A stretch of DNA of 64,000 bases from positions 1 through 64,000 of IMG/VR virus record IMGVR_UViG_3300032219_000848; one strand, written 5' to 3'. The position numbers and the translations under genes are program-made. Position 1 is the first letter of the stretch; every line of letters starts with the position of its first letter. Source of the stretch: a virus. Taxonomy: Duplodnaviria > Caudoviricetes. Below the pieces are notes generated by a model, which had not been told where the DNA came from, did not search any database, and saw nothing but the letters and a program-made list of their open reading frames with translations. Of this stretch, positions 21,064 through 31,506 are shown in pieces.

Positions 21064-23907
21064 TTAGAGACCCTTGATTGCTTTTACAATAGCACCGTTT
21101 CTACCAACCTTTTTGTATTTAGTTGGATTACCTTGTGCATCGTAATCAGTTGGTAATAATTGCACACCTCCTGCAGTAATTGCTCCAGTAGCAGAAGTGG
21201 ATGTATTCTTTCCCATACCAGGACTAAATGATGCTAGGTACATAGGATTCTTATATGCTACACCATCTTGTGTAAAACTAAACGCAGGATACATATTCTC
21301 CATAACAGTTGCTTCCATGTTTTCACGTTTGTTTTGAGCAATTTTATCAGCAATAGATTTAGCAATAGCAATAGATTGTTCTTTGGTTTTACTTTTACCA
21401 GTTGCTTGTCTAACGTATTGTTGATCTAAAATTCCCAAGTTTTTCATTTTAGCATCGTTTAACATACTAATGTTCTGATCATTTACACGTTGTCTTTCAG
21501 CTTGGTTTATTCTTGTTTGCTCACCTATTATTTTATTTCTAGCATCGTATGCGTCAGAAGCAATTCTTGTTACTGCTGAAGGATCACCTTGAGCCATTCT
21601 CATAGCATCTCTAGTTTGTGCTGTCACCTCATTTAATTGATCTTGTAAGCTAATGCTTGTAGCTTGTGTAAGCATTGGATCATATAACTGTGCTTGTACA
21701 GGCTCTTGTTGATTCATAGCTGAAGCTAAATACTCAGGAGCTAATTGATTAGGATCAAGAGGACGACCAGCTCTAGGTTTAATAAAAGGATATAATGCAC
21801 TCAATGCTGTTTGTCCAATAGTTCCCAAATCAAATGCTGATTCTTCATTATTCAAAAGATCAGTACGCTGACCAAAGTTACCAGCAGCAATAGATGTGTT
21901 CATAGCAGTCTGAGGCATTAATGACTTAGGTGTCATGTATCCTGGCTGCTTAACTGTATTCAAAGGAGCATAATCAAACTGTTGCGTCTTATCTAACAAA
22001 AATTGATTCTGTTCTGGTGTACCTTTAAAGTTAGGAATACCTACAGTTTTAGCCATAGCCTTTCTTTCAGTAAAAGGTATATTATTAACAAAAGATTCTA
22101 ATGTATCTACTGGTTTAGAAGGAGTAGTGATTAACATACTCTTCTTAGCCTTCTTACCACCTTTTTGAAATGTTTCCATCTTAGCACCAAACTTAGCATA
22201 GGGATCATTAGCTTTAGCATATTTAATTTTACCTTTAGCTAATGCATCTGATTCTAAGCCAAATTCTTTTGCTGTATCGAGAATAGCATTTTGTTCAGCA
22301 GCTGCATCTTTTTTCTTACCAGCAATATCTTTTAATTTCATATTAGCACCAATTAAATTTGCTTGCCCTGTGTTTAATGATAATTTATCAAACTGATCAT
22401 TAGTATCAGCATCATTAATTAATGTAGTAGTTTTATCAACTAGTTTATTTTGTTTAGCTTCTATCTTTGATAAATCAGCAATGTAGTTTTTAAACTTTTG
22501 ATTTGTACCAGGTTTCATTAAATTACCAAATACAAGTAAGTTACCTTCGTCATTACCATTTTGCATATCACCACCATCTTGCATAATTTGAGCTGGTTCT
22601 CCACCTTCAACTTCTACACCATTCTCTCCATAAGAAATAGGCATACCACCATTATCATGAGATGGTCCTCTGAACATTACAGTTTCTCCACCATTTGGTA
22701 AATACGGATTATATGATATTGTTTCTGCTTTACCACGGTGAACTTGTAAATCACCACCCATAGCCATCTGTGTACCATATTCAGCTCTACCTGTATACAT
22801 AGCTTCTTCACTAGGAGGAGTGTAATTTACTTGTGCAAGATGACCGCCTGAACGTAACATATCAGCATCATATGGAGGTTTGAATAATTGATCAACATCA
22901 TAATCACCAAACTTAGCAATCATTTGTGGATTATATTCTGGATTCATCCATCCACCATTTTCCATAAATCCTTGATTCTGTTGAGTAAAATTATCAAATT
23001 GATTAATACCTGAAATCAATCCTGTATTTTTATCTAAATAAGATTGAGCTTGTTGTTTTTTCTTAAGCATTGGTGCATCTAACAATCCACCAGCAATACC
23101 TCCTAGTAATCCAAAACTTCCTAGCATTTGTGTATAACCACCAGTTTCTCCACCAGCACCTCCCCATTGAGAACCAAGTCCACCACCAAGTTGTCCAGCT
23201 TGTTTTGATACATCAGCAAGAGCATTTGCAGCCGAAATAATAGCTCCTGCATCAGCTTTTCTTAATTTACCACCTTTCTTATACTGCTTAACATTACTAT
23301 TATTCAATGGCTCATATCCTAAGTCAGTGTATATATCATTAGGAGCATATGTATTTTGTATCTCTGCACCATTTCTTGCAGCTAGATAGTTAGTGCCTGA
23401 TCCTAAAGGATTAAGATTCTGTACTAAATTATCTTCAGGACGAATGTATTTATTTTGAACACGTTCTGGTCTACTGTTAGCTGCTTGTAATACAACATCA
23501 CTCACCTTCCCATACTTCTCAAGCTCTCCAATGTTTTTCTTAGTTTGCTTTATAGTGTTTATACCAGCTCCAATTCCACCAATCATACCTGCAAGTCCAC
23601 TAGGTGTAGATAAGTCTACGGGCTTTATAAGATCTTTAGCTCCTTTAAGAACATCGTTGCCTAGATTTTTTCCATAGGCTTTGGCTGTAGCTCCGAAACC
23701 AGGAGTTGATGAAAATGTATTTTGTAAAGTGGGAAGGGTAGGAGCATTTACTGGCATCTGTCCTGGCATCTTTGCACCAAGTTGAGCTTTCTTTAACTTC
23801 TCTAGTTTCTTTCCATACTTAGCCATGAACTCTGCTTCTGTAGGAAACATGTTGTAGAAGTCTGCATCGTTCTTAGCACCAGCAAGTTTTAATATTTCAG
23901 CTTTCAT
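21064..23907 (-). CDS. Virion cargo/internal protein
   Basis: 947 aa, Gly/Gln/Met-rich, with GPSHDNGG...EVEGGE motif and repeated xxGG motifs; located in the cargo cluster. Confidence 0.6.
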   Translation of the reverse strand: MKAEILKLAGAKNDADFYNMFPTEAEFMAKYGKKLEKLKKAQLGAKMPGQMPVNAPTLPTLQNTFSSTPGFGATAKAYGKNLGNDVLKGAKDLIKPVDLSTPSGLAGMIGGIGAGINTIKQTKKNIGELEKYGKVSDVVLQAANSRPERVQNKYIRPEDNLVQNLNPLGSGTNYLAARNGAEIQNTYAPNDIYTDLGYEPLNNSNVKQYKKGGKLRKADAGAIISAANALADVSKQAGQLGGGLGSQWGGAGGETGGYTQMLGSFGLLGGIAGGLLDAPMLKKKQQAQSYLDKNTGLISGINQFDNFTQQNQGFMENGGWMNPEYNPQMIAKFGDYDVDQLFKPPYDADMLRSGGHLAQVNYTPPSEEAMYTGRAEYGTQMAMGGDLQVHRGKAETISYNPYLPNGGETVMFRGPSHDNGGMPISYGENGVEVEGGEPAQIMQDGGDMQNGNDEGNLLVFGNLMKPGTNQKFKNYIADLSKIEAKQNKLVDKTTTLINDADTNDQFDKLSLNTGQANLIGANMKLKDIAGKKKDAAAEQNAILDTAKEFGLESDALAKGKIKYAKANDPYAKFGAKMETFQKGGKKAKKSMLITTPSKPVDTLESFVNNIPFTERKAMAKTVGIPNFKGTPEQNQFLLDKTQQFDYAPLNTVKQPGYMTPKSLMPQTAMNTSIAAGNFGQRTDLLNNEESAFDLGTIGQTALSALYPFIKPRAGRPLDPNQLAPEYLASAMNQQEPVQAQLYDPMLTQATSISLQDQLNEVTAQTRDAMRMAQGDPSAVTRIASDAYDARNKIIGEQTRINQAERQRVNDQNISMLNDAKMKNLGILDQQYVRQATGKSKTKEQSIAIAKSIADKIAQNKRENMEATVMENMYPAFSFTQDGVAYKNPMYLASFSPGMGKNTSTSATGAITAGGVQLLPTDYDAQGNPTKYKKVGRNGAIVKAIKGL

Positions 23908-24619
23908 ATTTATCTAACCAGCCTCCTGGTTGTTTAGTGTTGTAATTAGTAAAGTTAAGTAATTGATCTAGTTTTGTTAACTGTCCACCTTGTGCCATCA
24001 TAGGATACTCTGTAACGTACTCTCCATCGTATTGATACTCTTGGTTAGGATACATCATTTGCATGTCTCCTGTGTCAGATATACCTAGTACAGGATAAGG
24101 TACACCTTGCATTGTTATTTGGTTAGAACCAATCTCTGTTATCTCTCCTGGATGATTGTATTGTCCCATATCATCTTTAATAACAGAACCGTTTCTAGAA
24201 ATAGATTTAGGTTTGAAATCAAGTCCTTCTTGATAGTATCTCATCTCTGTACCATTCTGTGCAGAAGCCATTGTCTTCTTAGCATAAGGACCTTCACTAG
24301 GAGCAGGATTATTTGTACGTGCGTATGTAAATCCTACAGCTCCTGGCATAGATCCTCCCATTGCAAACTGTCCTCCCCATGCAGGAGAATAGTTACGTCC
24401 TTTGTTGAATGTTCCATCACCTTGGAATCCTGGTCCTGCAGAAGCAGAATAATCATTATAGTTAGGTTGTACAGGACCTCCATCATTATACTTATCTAAC
24501 CATCCACCATCTTTCATTGTGTTGTCTTTACCACATATATGACAGACGTATGTGTCTTTTTTACTGGAATCTGATTTATTCCAAGAATGACCACATGTAC
24601 ATTTAATATCTTTAGCCAT
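23897..24619 (-). CDS. Putative virion protein with N-terminal Zn-finger-like CxC..CxxC
   Basis: 240 aa; CTCGHSW...CHIC; GGWLDKY occurs twice; overlaps its neighbours. Confidence 0.6.
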   Translation of the reverse strand: MAKDIKCTCGHSWNKSDSSKKDTYVCHICGKDNTMKDGGWLDKYNDGGPVQPNYNDYSASAGPGFQGDGTFNKGRNYSPAWGGQFAMGGSMPGAVGFTYARTNNPAPSEGPYAKKTMASAQNGTEMRYYQEGLDFKPKSISRNGSVIKDDMGQYNHPGEITEIGSNQITMQGVPYPVLGISDTGDMQMMYPNQEYQYDGEYVTEYPMMAQGGQLTKLDQLLNFTNYNTKQPGGWLDKYES

Positions 24620-25488
24620 TATTTGTAAGAGATTTGAGAATTGCTAAGAATAAATTGGCTCACAAGATGAGCATCAGATCTATCATCTAAGATGTGTCTC
24701 ACTAATAAACTTTTAGCTCTTAATGTATCTTTCTTAAATGAACGTACACCATAATCCATGTTAGTTTGATTTAACACTTTGTCTATAGATAAAGACTCAC
24801 ATGATGTATTAAATAAAGGTAATGATTTATTTTTAACTACAGACCAAAAAATATTGTATTGATAAAAACTATCTGATTTAGTAAATATAATTGTTTTGCT
24901 ATCTGTATTATATTGAGGATAAGAATTGTAAGATTGTAAATTACGCATTGGTTTAGGAATCAATTTTAATAGTCCTGTACACTGCTGACCATTGTATAAA
25001 ATTGCTTTATTAAAATATTCATTATCAGTTTGAATTTTAGCATTCTCATTAAACACCCCATCTGTAATAGGAAGATATTTATATGCTGTAGTGAAGTCTT
25101 TAATATTTTGTAATATCTGGTCTTGATTCTGATAGTAAAAAGGATATTCAATAATATATGGTTTTATAACTCCATAGTATTTATTGTAATTAATAGTGTC
25201 AGTCAAATGTCTCCATAAACTTCCTGTGTTAACATACGTTAATGTAATAGCATTAATCTGAGGAATAGTTAAAAATGAAATAGAAGTTGTCACAGAAAGA
25301 TTACAATCATCATTTGACTTTATAGTAATGCTTGTAGTAGCATCATTAACTAAATATTCAACGCCAGTAATTAAGGTTTGCATAACTATATTAGTAGCTA
25401 CAACATTCCCTAAGTTATCTGTTATATCAAATGGTCCTTGTATTTCATTACCAAGTGATGTTAGTTTTATGACAATTGTTTTAGGCAT
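24619..25488 (-). CDS. Tail protein, possibly the separated C-terminal part of the muzzle/stabilisation protein
   Basis: 289 aa. The N-terminal ~70 aa resemble ORF 35065-35508; the remainder (LWRH..YNKYYG..PYIIE) is beta-rich tail-like sequence. Confidence 0.55.
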   Translation of the reverse strand: MPKTIVIKLTSLGNEIQGPFDITDNLGNVVATNIVMQTLITGVEYLVNDATTSITIKSNDDCNLSVTTSISFLTIPQINAITLTYVNTGSLWRHLTDTINYNKYYGVIKPYIIEYPFYYQNQDQILQNIKDFTTAYKYLPITDGVFNENAKIQTDNEYFNKAILYNGQQCTGLLKLIPKPMRNLQSYNSYPQYNTDSKTIIFTKSDSFYQYNIFWSVVKNKSLPLFNTSCESLSIDKVLNQTNMDYGVRSFKKDTLRAKSLLVRHILDDRSDAHLVSQFILSNSQISYK

Positions 25489-25506
25489 CTTTTTTTATTT
25501 TATTCA

Positions 25507-28500
25507 TTAACATATTCCATCACTTGTAACTACACCACTTGAATTTAATACAATAAATCCATTATCAGTAGCATAGTATCCAGCTCCTAATGTAGATGAT
25601 CCTATTGAATCTGTGTAAATTGTTTTACCTACATCTGGACTTCCACCTATACAAAATGCTGTTTGATCAACTGCTCTTGTACAAACATTAAACTGACTTG
25701 CTACTGTACTAATGTTAAATGCACTATATGAAGGAGGTACATATCCACATGTAACACTATTAACTTGAACAAGAGTTTGATTTCTTGTAGCACTTGTACA
25801 AGAGTTGATTTCTTGACTCCATAGATCAAATCCTACACAGTAATATTGTAAATCCCAAGTTCCACAACTTTCGTTCACTACACCTGTGTTAATTGTTCTT
25901 GTGGTTCCTGCAGCACAAGGATTAGTTTGTACTTGATTTTGACGTAATGTACATGATCCAGAAATACAATAAGGTTCTCCTGAATTAACCCAAACAGGAG
26001 TAGTAGATGCACCACAAGTTGCACTACATGTATATGTTTCAACAACACCTGTGTTAGCATTATTACATGAGTATTTCTGAGTTCTAGTTAATGTTGTTCC
26101 ACCATTACAGCTATCAGAAAAATATGTACCTGTACAAGCTACTGTACAATTAGCATTTGTTTCAACAACGCCTGTAAGAGCACCATTACAATAGTAATAT
26201 TGATTTCTCTTAGTTTGATTGATATCACAATACCACTCACCAAAATATGTACCATCACAAGTTACATTACAGTTACACGAGCAGCTATCAATTACATTAA
26301 AGTCAGTAGTGCCACAATCATTAATTACTGGTTGTCCCCAAGCATTACCTTGACATCTTTGAGGTCCATCATTAACCCAATTATCAGCATTCTTTAATTG
26401 AAATACATAGTTAATTCCTGAAGAAACACTAACGTTAAATCCAGAACTATAAGATATTCCATTAACAGTGACACTACATGCTGGAGAAGAATAATCAATA
26501 CGAATTATTGTTCCTACGGCATACGATCTTGTTCCACTATCCCAAGCAGGATCAGCAACGCCATTAATGTATGGAATATAACTTGTATTAGAAAGACTAT
26601 TTAATGGATTGATTGTAACTGATCTTTGTTCTACAGGAGCAGAAGTTGTAGTAGTAGATGTCGTAGATGTACTTGTACGTGTGCTTGATGTAGTAGTAGT
26701 TGTAGGAGTAAATATAACTGCACTACCACCAGGTAATGCACACGGAGTAACTGTAGTTGTACTAGTAGTTGTACTAGTAGAAGTGCGTGTACTTGATGTA
26801 GTAGTGGTGGTAGAAGGTGGAATAACTACAGCACTTCCGCTAGGTAATGCACAATTATTCACTGTAGTAGTAGTGGTAGTAGTTGATAGACTAATTATAG
26901 CACTACCGCCAGGTAATGCACAAGTGTTTATTGTAGTTGTTGTTGTAGTACTAGGAGATGTTCCAACAACAGCTGTTCCTGAAGGTAATGTACAATTAAT
27001 AATACCAGCAGTTGTGGTAGTAGATGTTGTAGGTGTTGCAGTTGTGGTTGTTGTTGTGGTTCCTGATTTAATTGCTGATCCTGAAGGAAGTACACAACCT
27101 TCTGCAATAGGAACTGCTGCAACAAATGTCATGTTACATCCTGAATTTAATCCTGAATAGAAAAAGTTATTCTCTCCTATATAATAATTAGGAAGATATG
27201 TATGAAATGATGTCCACGACATTGTATTCATATTGAATGACATGGTCCAAGACTTATTACAGAAATACGTAGGATTTAATAGACTAACTATAGTTGGTGA
27301 TTGTTGTGTTCCTGTGTAATATTTTTTATATGTTAATGGGTAGGATGAACTGTTACCATATTTAATTAAACCTACATAAGCAGATTGTGGAATATAATCA
27401 AGTTTAGTGATAATAATACGATCAAATTTAGAATCGTATACACCATGTAATCCTATATCATTAAAATTATTATCTACATCAGCATCTGGAAAATAACGTA
27501 ATATTTCAAATGCTAAATGGTCAGTCATAAAACGATTGACACCTGATCCAAATGCGGTGAGATCTTTAGATTGATTACCAGAAATTAAAAATATTTGTCC
27601 ACGTTTAGCATCTACTGTAATTTGTCCTTGTGGAACTTTTAATAAGAACTTATGTTGAGAACCAACATATCCAAGATCTGTCTCAGCAAAATCAATTGGA
27701 GGAGAACTTTTAAACAATGTTGAATTACCAATATAAGCAGCTTGTGGATTGCTAGTGTTAATTGTCAACATTGTATTATATAACAATGACTTGTTTTCAA
27801 AACGAGCAAGAACACCTTTGTTTTGTATACCATCAAGAGATATTAAATCCCCATAACTTTGAGGAAAATCAAAGAATGATACAGGACGATAAATTAACCA
27901 GTTGTTCACCTTACTAGTAGGATCACTTACTTGAGGATCTGAATATATAGTTCTAAAAGGATAAACAGTTCTACAATTATCACCATCCCAATCAATAGGT
28001 AGATGTGAGAAAAAGTTCTCAGTGTTCTGCTTAGAGAATGTAATGTTATAGTTGTATGTATTATCTAAAGCAATAGGTACATTAGTTTGTTGTAACCATG
28101 TATCTGGAATACCAGAACTAACATGTGGATAGAAGTCACCATCAAGATTATTAACAGCTTGACGTAAATCTGTGTTAATGGAACTCTCACAATAAAAATA
28201 TGGAATACCATAAGCAAACATGTACATCTTACCAAGATATCCATAGTTAATATTGCCTGTAGTAACACTTCCTGGAATCTGAGTGGTGGTTGTAGTAGTG
28301 GTGGTTCCTCCAGCAGTATTATAGGCAGAATCGTTTGGACAATCTAATGCTGTAGCTTTTACAGAAATTATGTTCTGTAAGTTAGTGAGTGTACCAACTT
28401 GATAATTACTTAAAATAGATCTTGATGAATGCCAATATCTAGGATAGGCAACATTACCAATCTCATCGTAGAATATATCTGAATCATCAGGAGCATTAAC

Positions 28501-31500
28501 TCTATTATCAATAAAGAAAGGAAGCTTTGTTTTAAATGCAAATCTTGATACAAAAGTATCTCCACCAAACACTACACCTATTGTATCTACTGTATCTAAG
28601 TCAACTTGGAATCCTGTATCAATTGTTTCATAAGAATATAATTGACCATACTGATTAACAACAATATTCTTTAATGATGCATAATACATCACCGAAGAGT
28701 TGCTAACTATATCTTCAGGAGATCCACAATTACGTCTTTGAGATAAAGTAAATCTAGTTGTATCAGTGATACTTAATGTAGATACAGCAGGTACATCTTT
28801 AACAAAAGGTAAAGGGGTTGTTCCTATAGTTTTTAAATATACAGATGATTCTCTTTGAAAGTTATTAACATCGTAATCATCAGAAGTAGATTGTACTCCT
28901 GGAATCAAATATTGATATATACCAAGTTCTCTTTGTTTGTTACCTGAGTTAGTTACATTTGCCCAATAATCATAACTAGCAATTGAGTTAAATGAATAAG
29001 CAAAGTTAGTTCTACTAAGTCCGTTGATATATATCTGAAGATATGCTTGATATGTTGTAAACATGGCATTACCATTAAATATACCTGTAGAAATAGCTAT
29101 GTTATAACTTGATTGTAAAGCTTGTTGTTGTGTAGCTCTATTAATAAGTTTATACCTAGCGTTATTCTTAACTTGAACAAAGTGCGATCTACTCTCACCA
29201 AAAATGGCATTCTCCACCTTAAGAATTGATCCTAATGAAGGTTGTCCAAAAGAAGTTTCTGGGGAGTTAAATACATTTCTAAACTTAGAAGCATCTGTAG
29301 AGAATGCACTTAGATTAGGAGGTAGAGTTTGTGCATTTACGGTGTCACTTAATGTAACTGTAAAGTTCTTTGATCCTGATACATACTGAAATGGATAGAA
29401 CGAGTTTATAGCAACATACTTTATACCATCAGTAACATACACTGTAACATTTGTAGGAGTTAAACTATAAGCACCCACATAAGAAAACATTGTTTGACTG
29501 TCAGTACTTATACCAATAGTCACTGTCTTTAAACCAGGAGGATCAATTGTTGCAGATGCACCAGCTTGCAACACTGGATAAGTTAATGATCCTATTTCAA
29601 GTTCAGGTTGTCCAACAGTTAAAGGTAGAGTTTCAACTAAGCCAGTGATATCACTTGTATAACTTAATGATCCAGCAATTACAACATTATTAATTTTATA
29701 AAGAGTAGATTGGCTATTATAAGCATTAGTTCTAGATAATAAGAATGGATCTGCATTTAAGTCATTGTAAGGATAGTTAGGGAAATAGAAATCTGTACCC
29801 TCACGTGTATACTTACCTACGTTACGTAAGATACCCTTACCAACAATTGACTTGTTTGTAGAACGACTTCCACGTAATATCTTAAACCCAACAATCTCTG
29901 CCTTTTCATCAGCACTTAAAGATGAACTAGCAATCAATGATTTAATTTGAGCAATGCTCACTCTCACTCCTAAAGGATATACAGCATCGTAAGCTTGTGT
30001 AACTGGTAATCCTCCAACCAGTGCAGCACTTTCAAATATAGGACTAACTAATACATCTGGAAATTTATGATGGCGGATACCTCCTGTTAGTCCAGCTGAA
30101 GTGAATACAGTTCCTTGATATTGCACTTCTGATTCCCAATATGCAAACTTACCAAATTTATAAGGAGTAGCTCCAGCAATAGGATCTCCTGTAGCATTTT
30201 GAACATCATATGCAGTATTGTAAATCTTCCATGTAGGAGCTGATGTACCTGATCCAATGTAATCATTATTACTAGCTTTATTAATTACTACAAGATCTGA
30301 TGCAATAGGTGTTCTACCAGGAATATGAAAACCATCTGTTTGTCTACCGTTCTTTAATAAGAAACATATCTCAAAAGCATAAACCTCATCACGTAAATAA
30401 CCACGTAACTTTGTAGCTATATCTGGATTAGAATAATCTGAACCTACAGGAATTTTATAAGTTTCCCAGTTCAATACTATCTGAGCAGCAATGCTTTGAT
30501 AGTTGATTCTTTTATTAGTAGTGAGTTGATCCCATATCAATACATCTTGTACTGATGTAACGTCTCCAGCAATATCGTAATATGGAAACTTCTCAAAGAT
30601 ATCATTAATAGATAACCTTATCTGTGTTTGATTTTGTCCAGTGTATGATAATTGATCAGTTGCAGAATTAATATAGTATGTACCTATTAGCTCAACAGAA
30701 GTGATACCATTTATAGTTTTAATAACCGCAAGGTTATAGTATTCATAGTATCCACTAATCTCTAAATTAGAAATGGCTAACCTAATTGATTTATTTACTG
30801 GGTAGTTAAACTCAGGGCTAGTTATATCAGGATTAGCAATAGGGGTGGGATTAGTTACTGAATAGTAAGAGGTGTAGCCAAAGCCTTGAGCATCTGAATA
30901 TTGAATAGCAAACTGATATGTACCAGCTAGTAACTCCCCACCAGTAGTAACTTCAGAAATAGTTAATTGAGGAATGTTAAAATTTGGTTGTACACTTAAC
31001 TTATTACAGATGTCGCCTGATATAGGAACATTATCAATATCTAAAAATCTACGTGAGTTTAATCCATCTGTCCAATAAATCTCTGTAGTACAGTTTGTAA
31101 TACGATGTGCAACTTTATGAATAGGATAGTTAACATCAAAGTTTAAACATTCAGCACTTAATAACGGACGATATACACAATCGTTATTAATCATATATCC
31201 TATTTGTGATTCACCAGTTCCTGAATTTACTAAAAAGAAAATATGTTTATTTTTTTCAGGAATGAAATATTTTCCTATTAATGCATAATTAACAGGAAAG
31301 CTTACACAAAATTGATTAGCAGGTTCATTTTGATAATTAACAGAATTACTATCAAAATTTTCTACAGCAGCATTTAATGCATAAGTCAATGTGCCTTTTT
31401 TAATTTGGGCAATTGAATTATCCATATTTAATCCAAGCTGAGCAGCATTGAAATTATTAACGATATTTCCTCTATTTTCCTGATTAGTTGTTTCTTCTGC

Positions 31501-31506
31501 GGCCAT
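25507..31506 (-). CDS. Tail muzzle/stabilisation protein (P22 gp10-like) with Thr-rich and Cys-rich C-terminal extension
   Basis: 1999 aa with IYWTDG, GYLRDEVYAF, FGGDTFVSRF, GVYDSKFDRIIITK and WTSFHTYLP motifs; follows a ring protein gene as in crAss-like tail operons. Confidence 0.75.
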   Translation of the reverse strand: MAAEETTNQENRGNIVNNFNAAQLGLNMDNSIAQIKKGTLTYALNAAVENFDSNSVNYQNEPANQFCVSFPVNYALIGKYFIPEKNKHIFFLVNSGTGESQIGYMINNDCVYRPLLSAECLNFDVNYPIHKVAHRITNCTTEIYWTDGLNSRRFLDIDNVPISGDICNKLSVQPNFNIPQLTISEVTTGGELLAGTYQFAIQYSDAQGFGYTSYYSVTNPTPIANPDITSPEFNYPVNKSIRLAISNLEISGYYEYYNLAVIKTINGITSVELIGTYYINSATDQLSYTGQNQTQIRLSINDIFEKFPYYDIAGDVTSVQDVLIWDQLTTNKRINYQSIAAQIVLNWETYKIPVGSDYSNPDIATKLRGYLRDEVYAFEICFLLKNGRQTDGFHIPGRTPIASDLVVINKASNNDYIGSGTSAPTWKIYNTAYDVQNATGDPIAGATPYKFGKFAYWESEVQYQGTVFTSAGLTGGIRHHKFPDVLVSPIFESAALVGGLPVTQAYDAVYPLGVRVSIAQIKSLIASSSLSADEKAEIVGFKILRGSRSTNKSIVGKGILRNVGKYTREGTDFYFPNYPYNDLNADPFLLSRTNAYNSQSTLYKINNVVIAGSLSYTSDITGLVETLPLTVGQPELEIGSLTYPVLQAGASATIDPPGLKTVTIGISTDSQTMFSYVGAYSLTPTNVTVYVTDGIKYVAINSFYPFQYVSGSKNFTVTLSDTVNAQTLPPNLSAFSTDASKFRNVFNSPETSFGQPSLGSILKVENAIFGESRSHFVQVKNNARYKLINRATQQQALQSSYNIAISTGIFNGNAMFTTYQAYLQIYINGLSRTNFAYSFNSIASYDYWANVTNSGNKQRELGIYQYLIPGVQSTSDDYDVNNFQRESSVYLKTIGTTPLPFVKDVPAVSTLSITDTTRFTLSQRRNCGSPEDIVSNSSVMYYASLKNIVVNQYGQLYSYETIDTGFQVDLDTVDTIGVVFGGDTFVSRFAFKTKLPFFIDNRVNAPDDSDIFYDEIGNVAYPRYWHSSRSILSNYQVGTLTNLQNIISVKATALDCPNDSAYNTAGGTTTTTTTTQIPGSVTTGNINYGYLGKMYMFAYGIPYFYCESSINTDLRQAVNNLDGDFYPHVSSGIPDTWLQQTNVPIALDNTYNYNITFSKQNTENFFSHLPIDWDGDNCRTVYPFRTIYSDPQVSDPTSKVNNWLIYRPVSFFDFPQSYGDLISLDGIQNKGVLARFENKSLLYNTMLTINTSNPQAAYIGNSTLFKSSPPIDFAETDLGYVGSQHKFLLKVPQGQITVDAKRGQIFLISGNQSKDLTAFGSGVNRFMTDHLAFEILRYFPDADVDNNFNDIGLHGVYDSKFDRIIITKLDYIPQSAYVGLIKYGNSSSYPLTYKKYYTGTQQSPTIVSLLNPTYFCNKSWTMSFNMNTMSWTSFHTYLPNYYIGENNFFYSGLNSGCNMTFVAAVPIAEGCVLPSGSAIKSGTTTTTTTATPTTSTTTTAGIINCTLPSGTAVVGTSPSTTTTTTINTCALPGGSAIISLSTTTTTTTVNNCALPSGSAVVIPPSTTTTTSSTRTSTSTTTSTTTVTPCALPGGSAVIFTPTTTTTSSTRTSTSTTSTTTTSAPVEQRSVTINPLNSLSNTSYIPYINGVADPAWDSGTRSYAVGTIIRIDYSSPACSVTVNGISYSSGFNVSVSSGINYVFQLKNADNWVNDGPQRCQGNAWGQPVINDCGTTDFNVIDSCSCNCNVTCDGTYFGEWYCDINQTKRNQYYYCNGALTGVVETNANCTVACTGTYFSDSCNGGTTLTRTQKYSCNNANTGVVETYTCSATCGASTTPVWVNSGEPYCISGSCTLRQNQVQTNPCAAGTTRTINTGVVNESCGTWDLQYYCVGFDLWSQEINSCTSATRNQTLVQVNSVTCGYVPPSYSAFNISTVASQFNVCTRAVDQTAFCIGGSPDVGKTIYTDSIGSSTLGAGYYATDNGFIVLNSSGVVTSDGIC
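26640..27100 (-). repeat. Five C-x-L-P-(S/G)-G-(S/T)-A units separated by poly-Thr/Ser tracts
   Basis: CVLPSGSA, CTLPSGTA, CALPGGSA, CALPSGSA, CALPGGSA within the 1999-aa ORF; boundaries approximate. Confidence 0.85.

Noticed and set aside
26609-27160. Plus-strand poly-Val 183-aa ORF
   Set aside because: It is the antisense shadow of the poly-Thr repeats in the muzzle gene.
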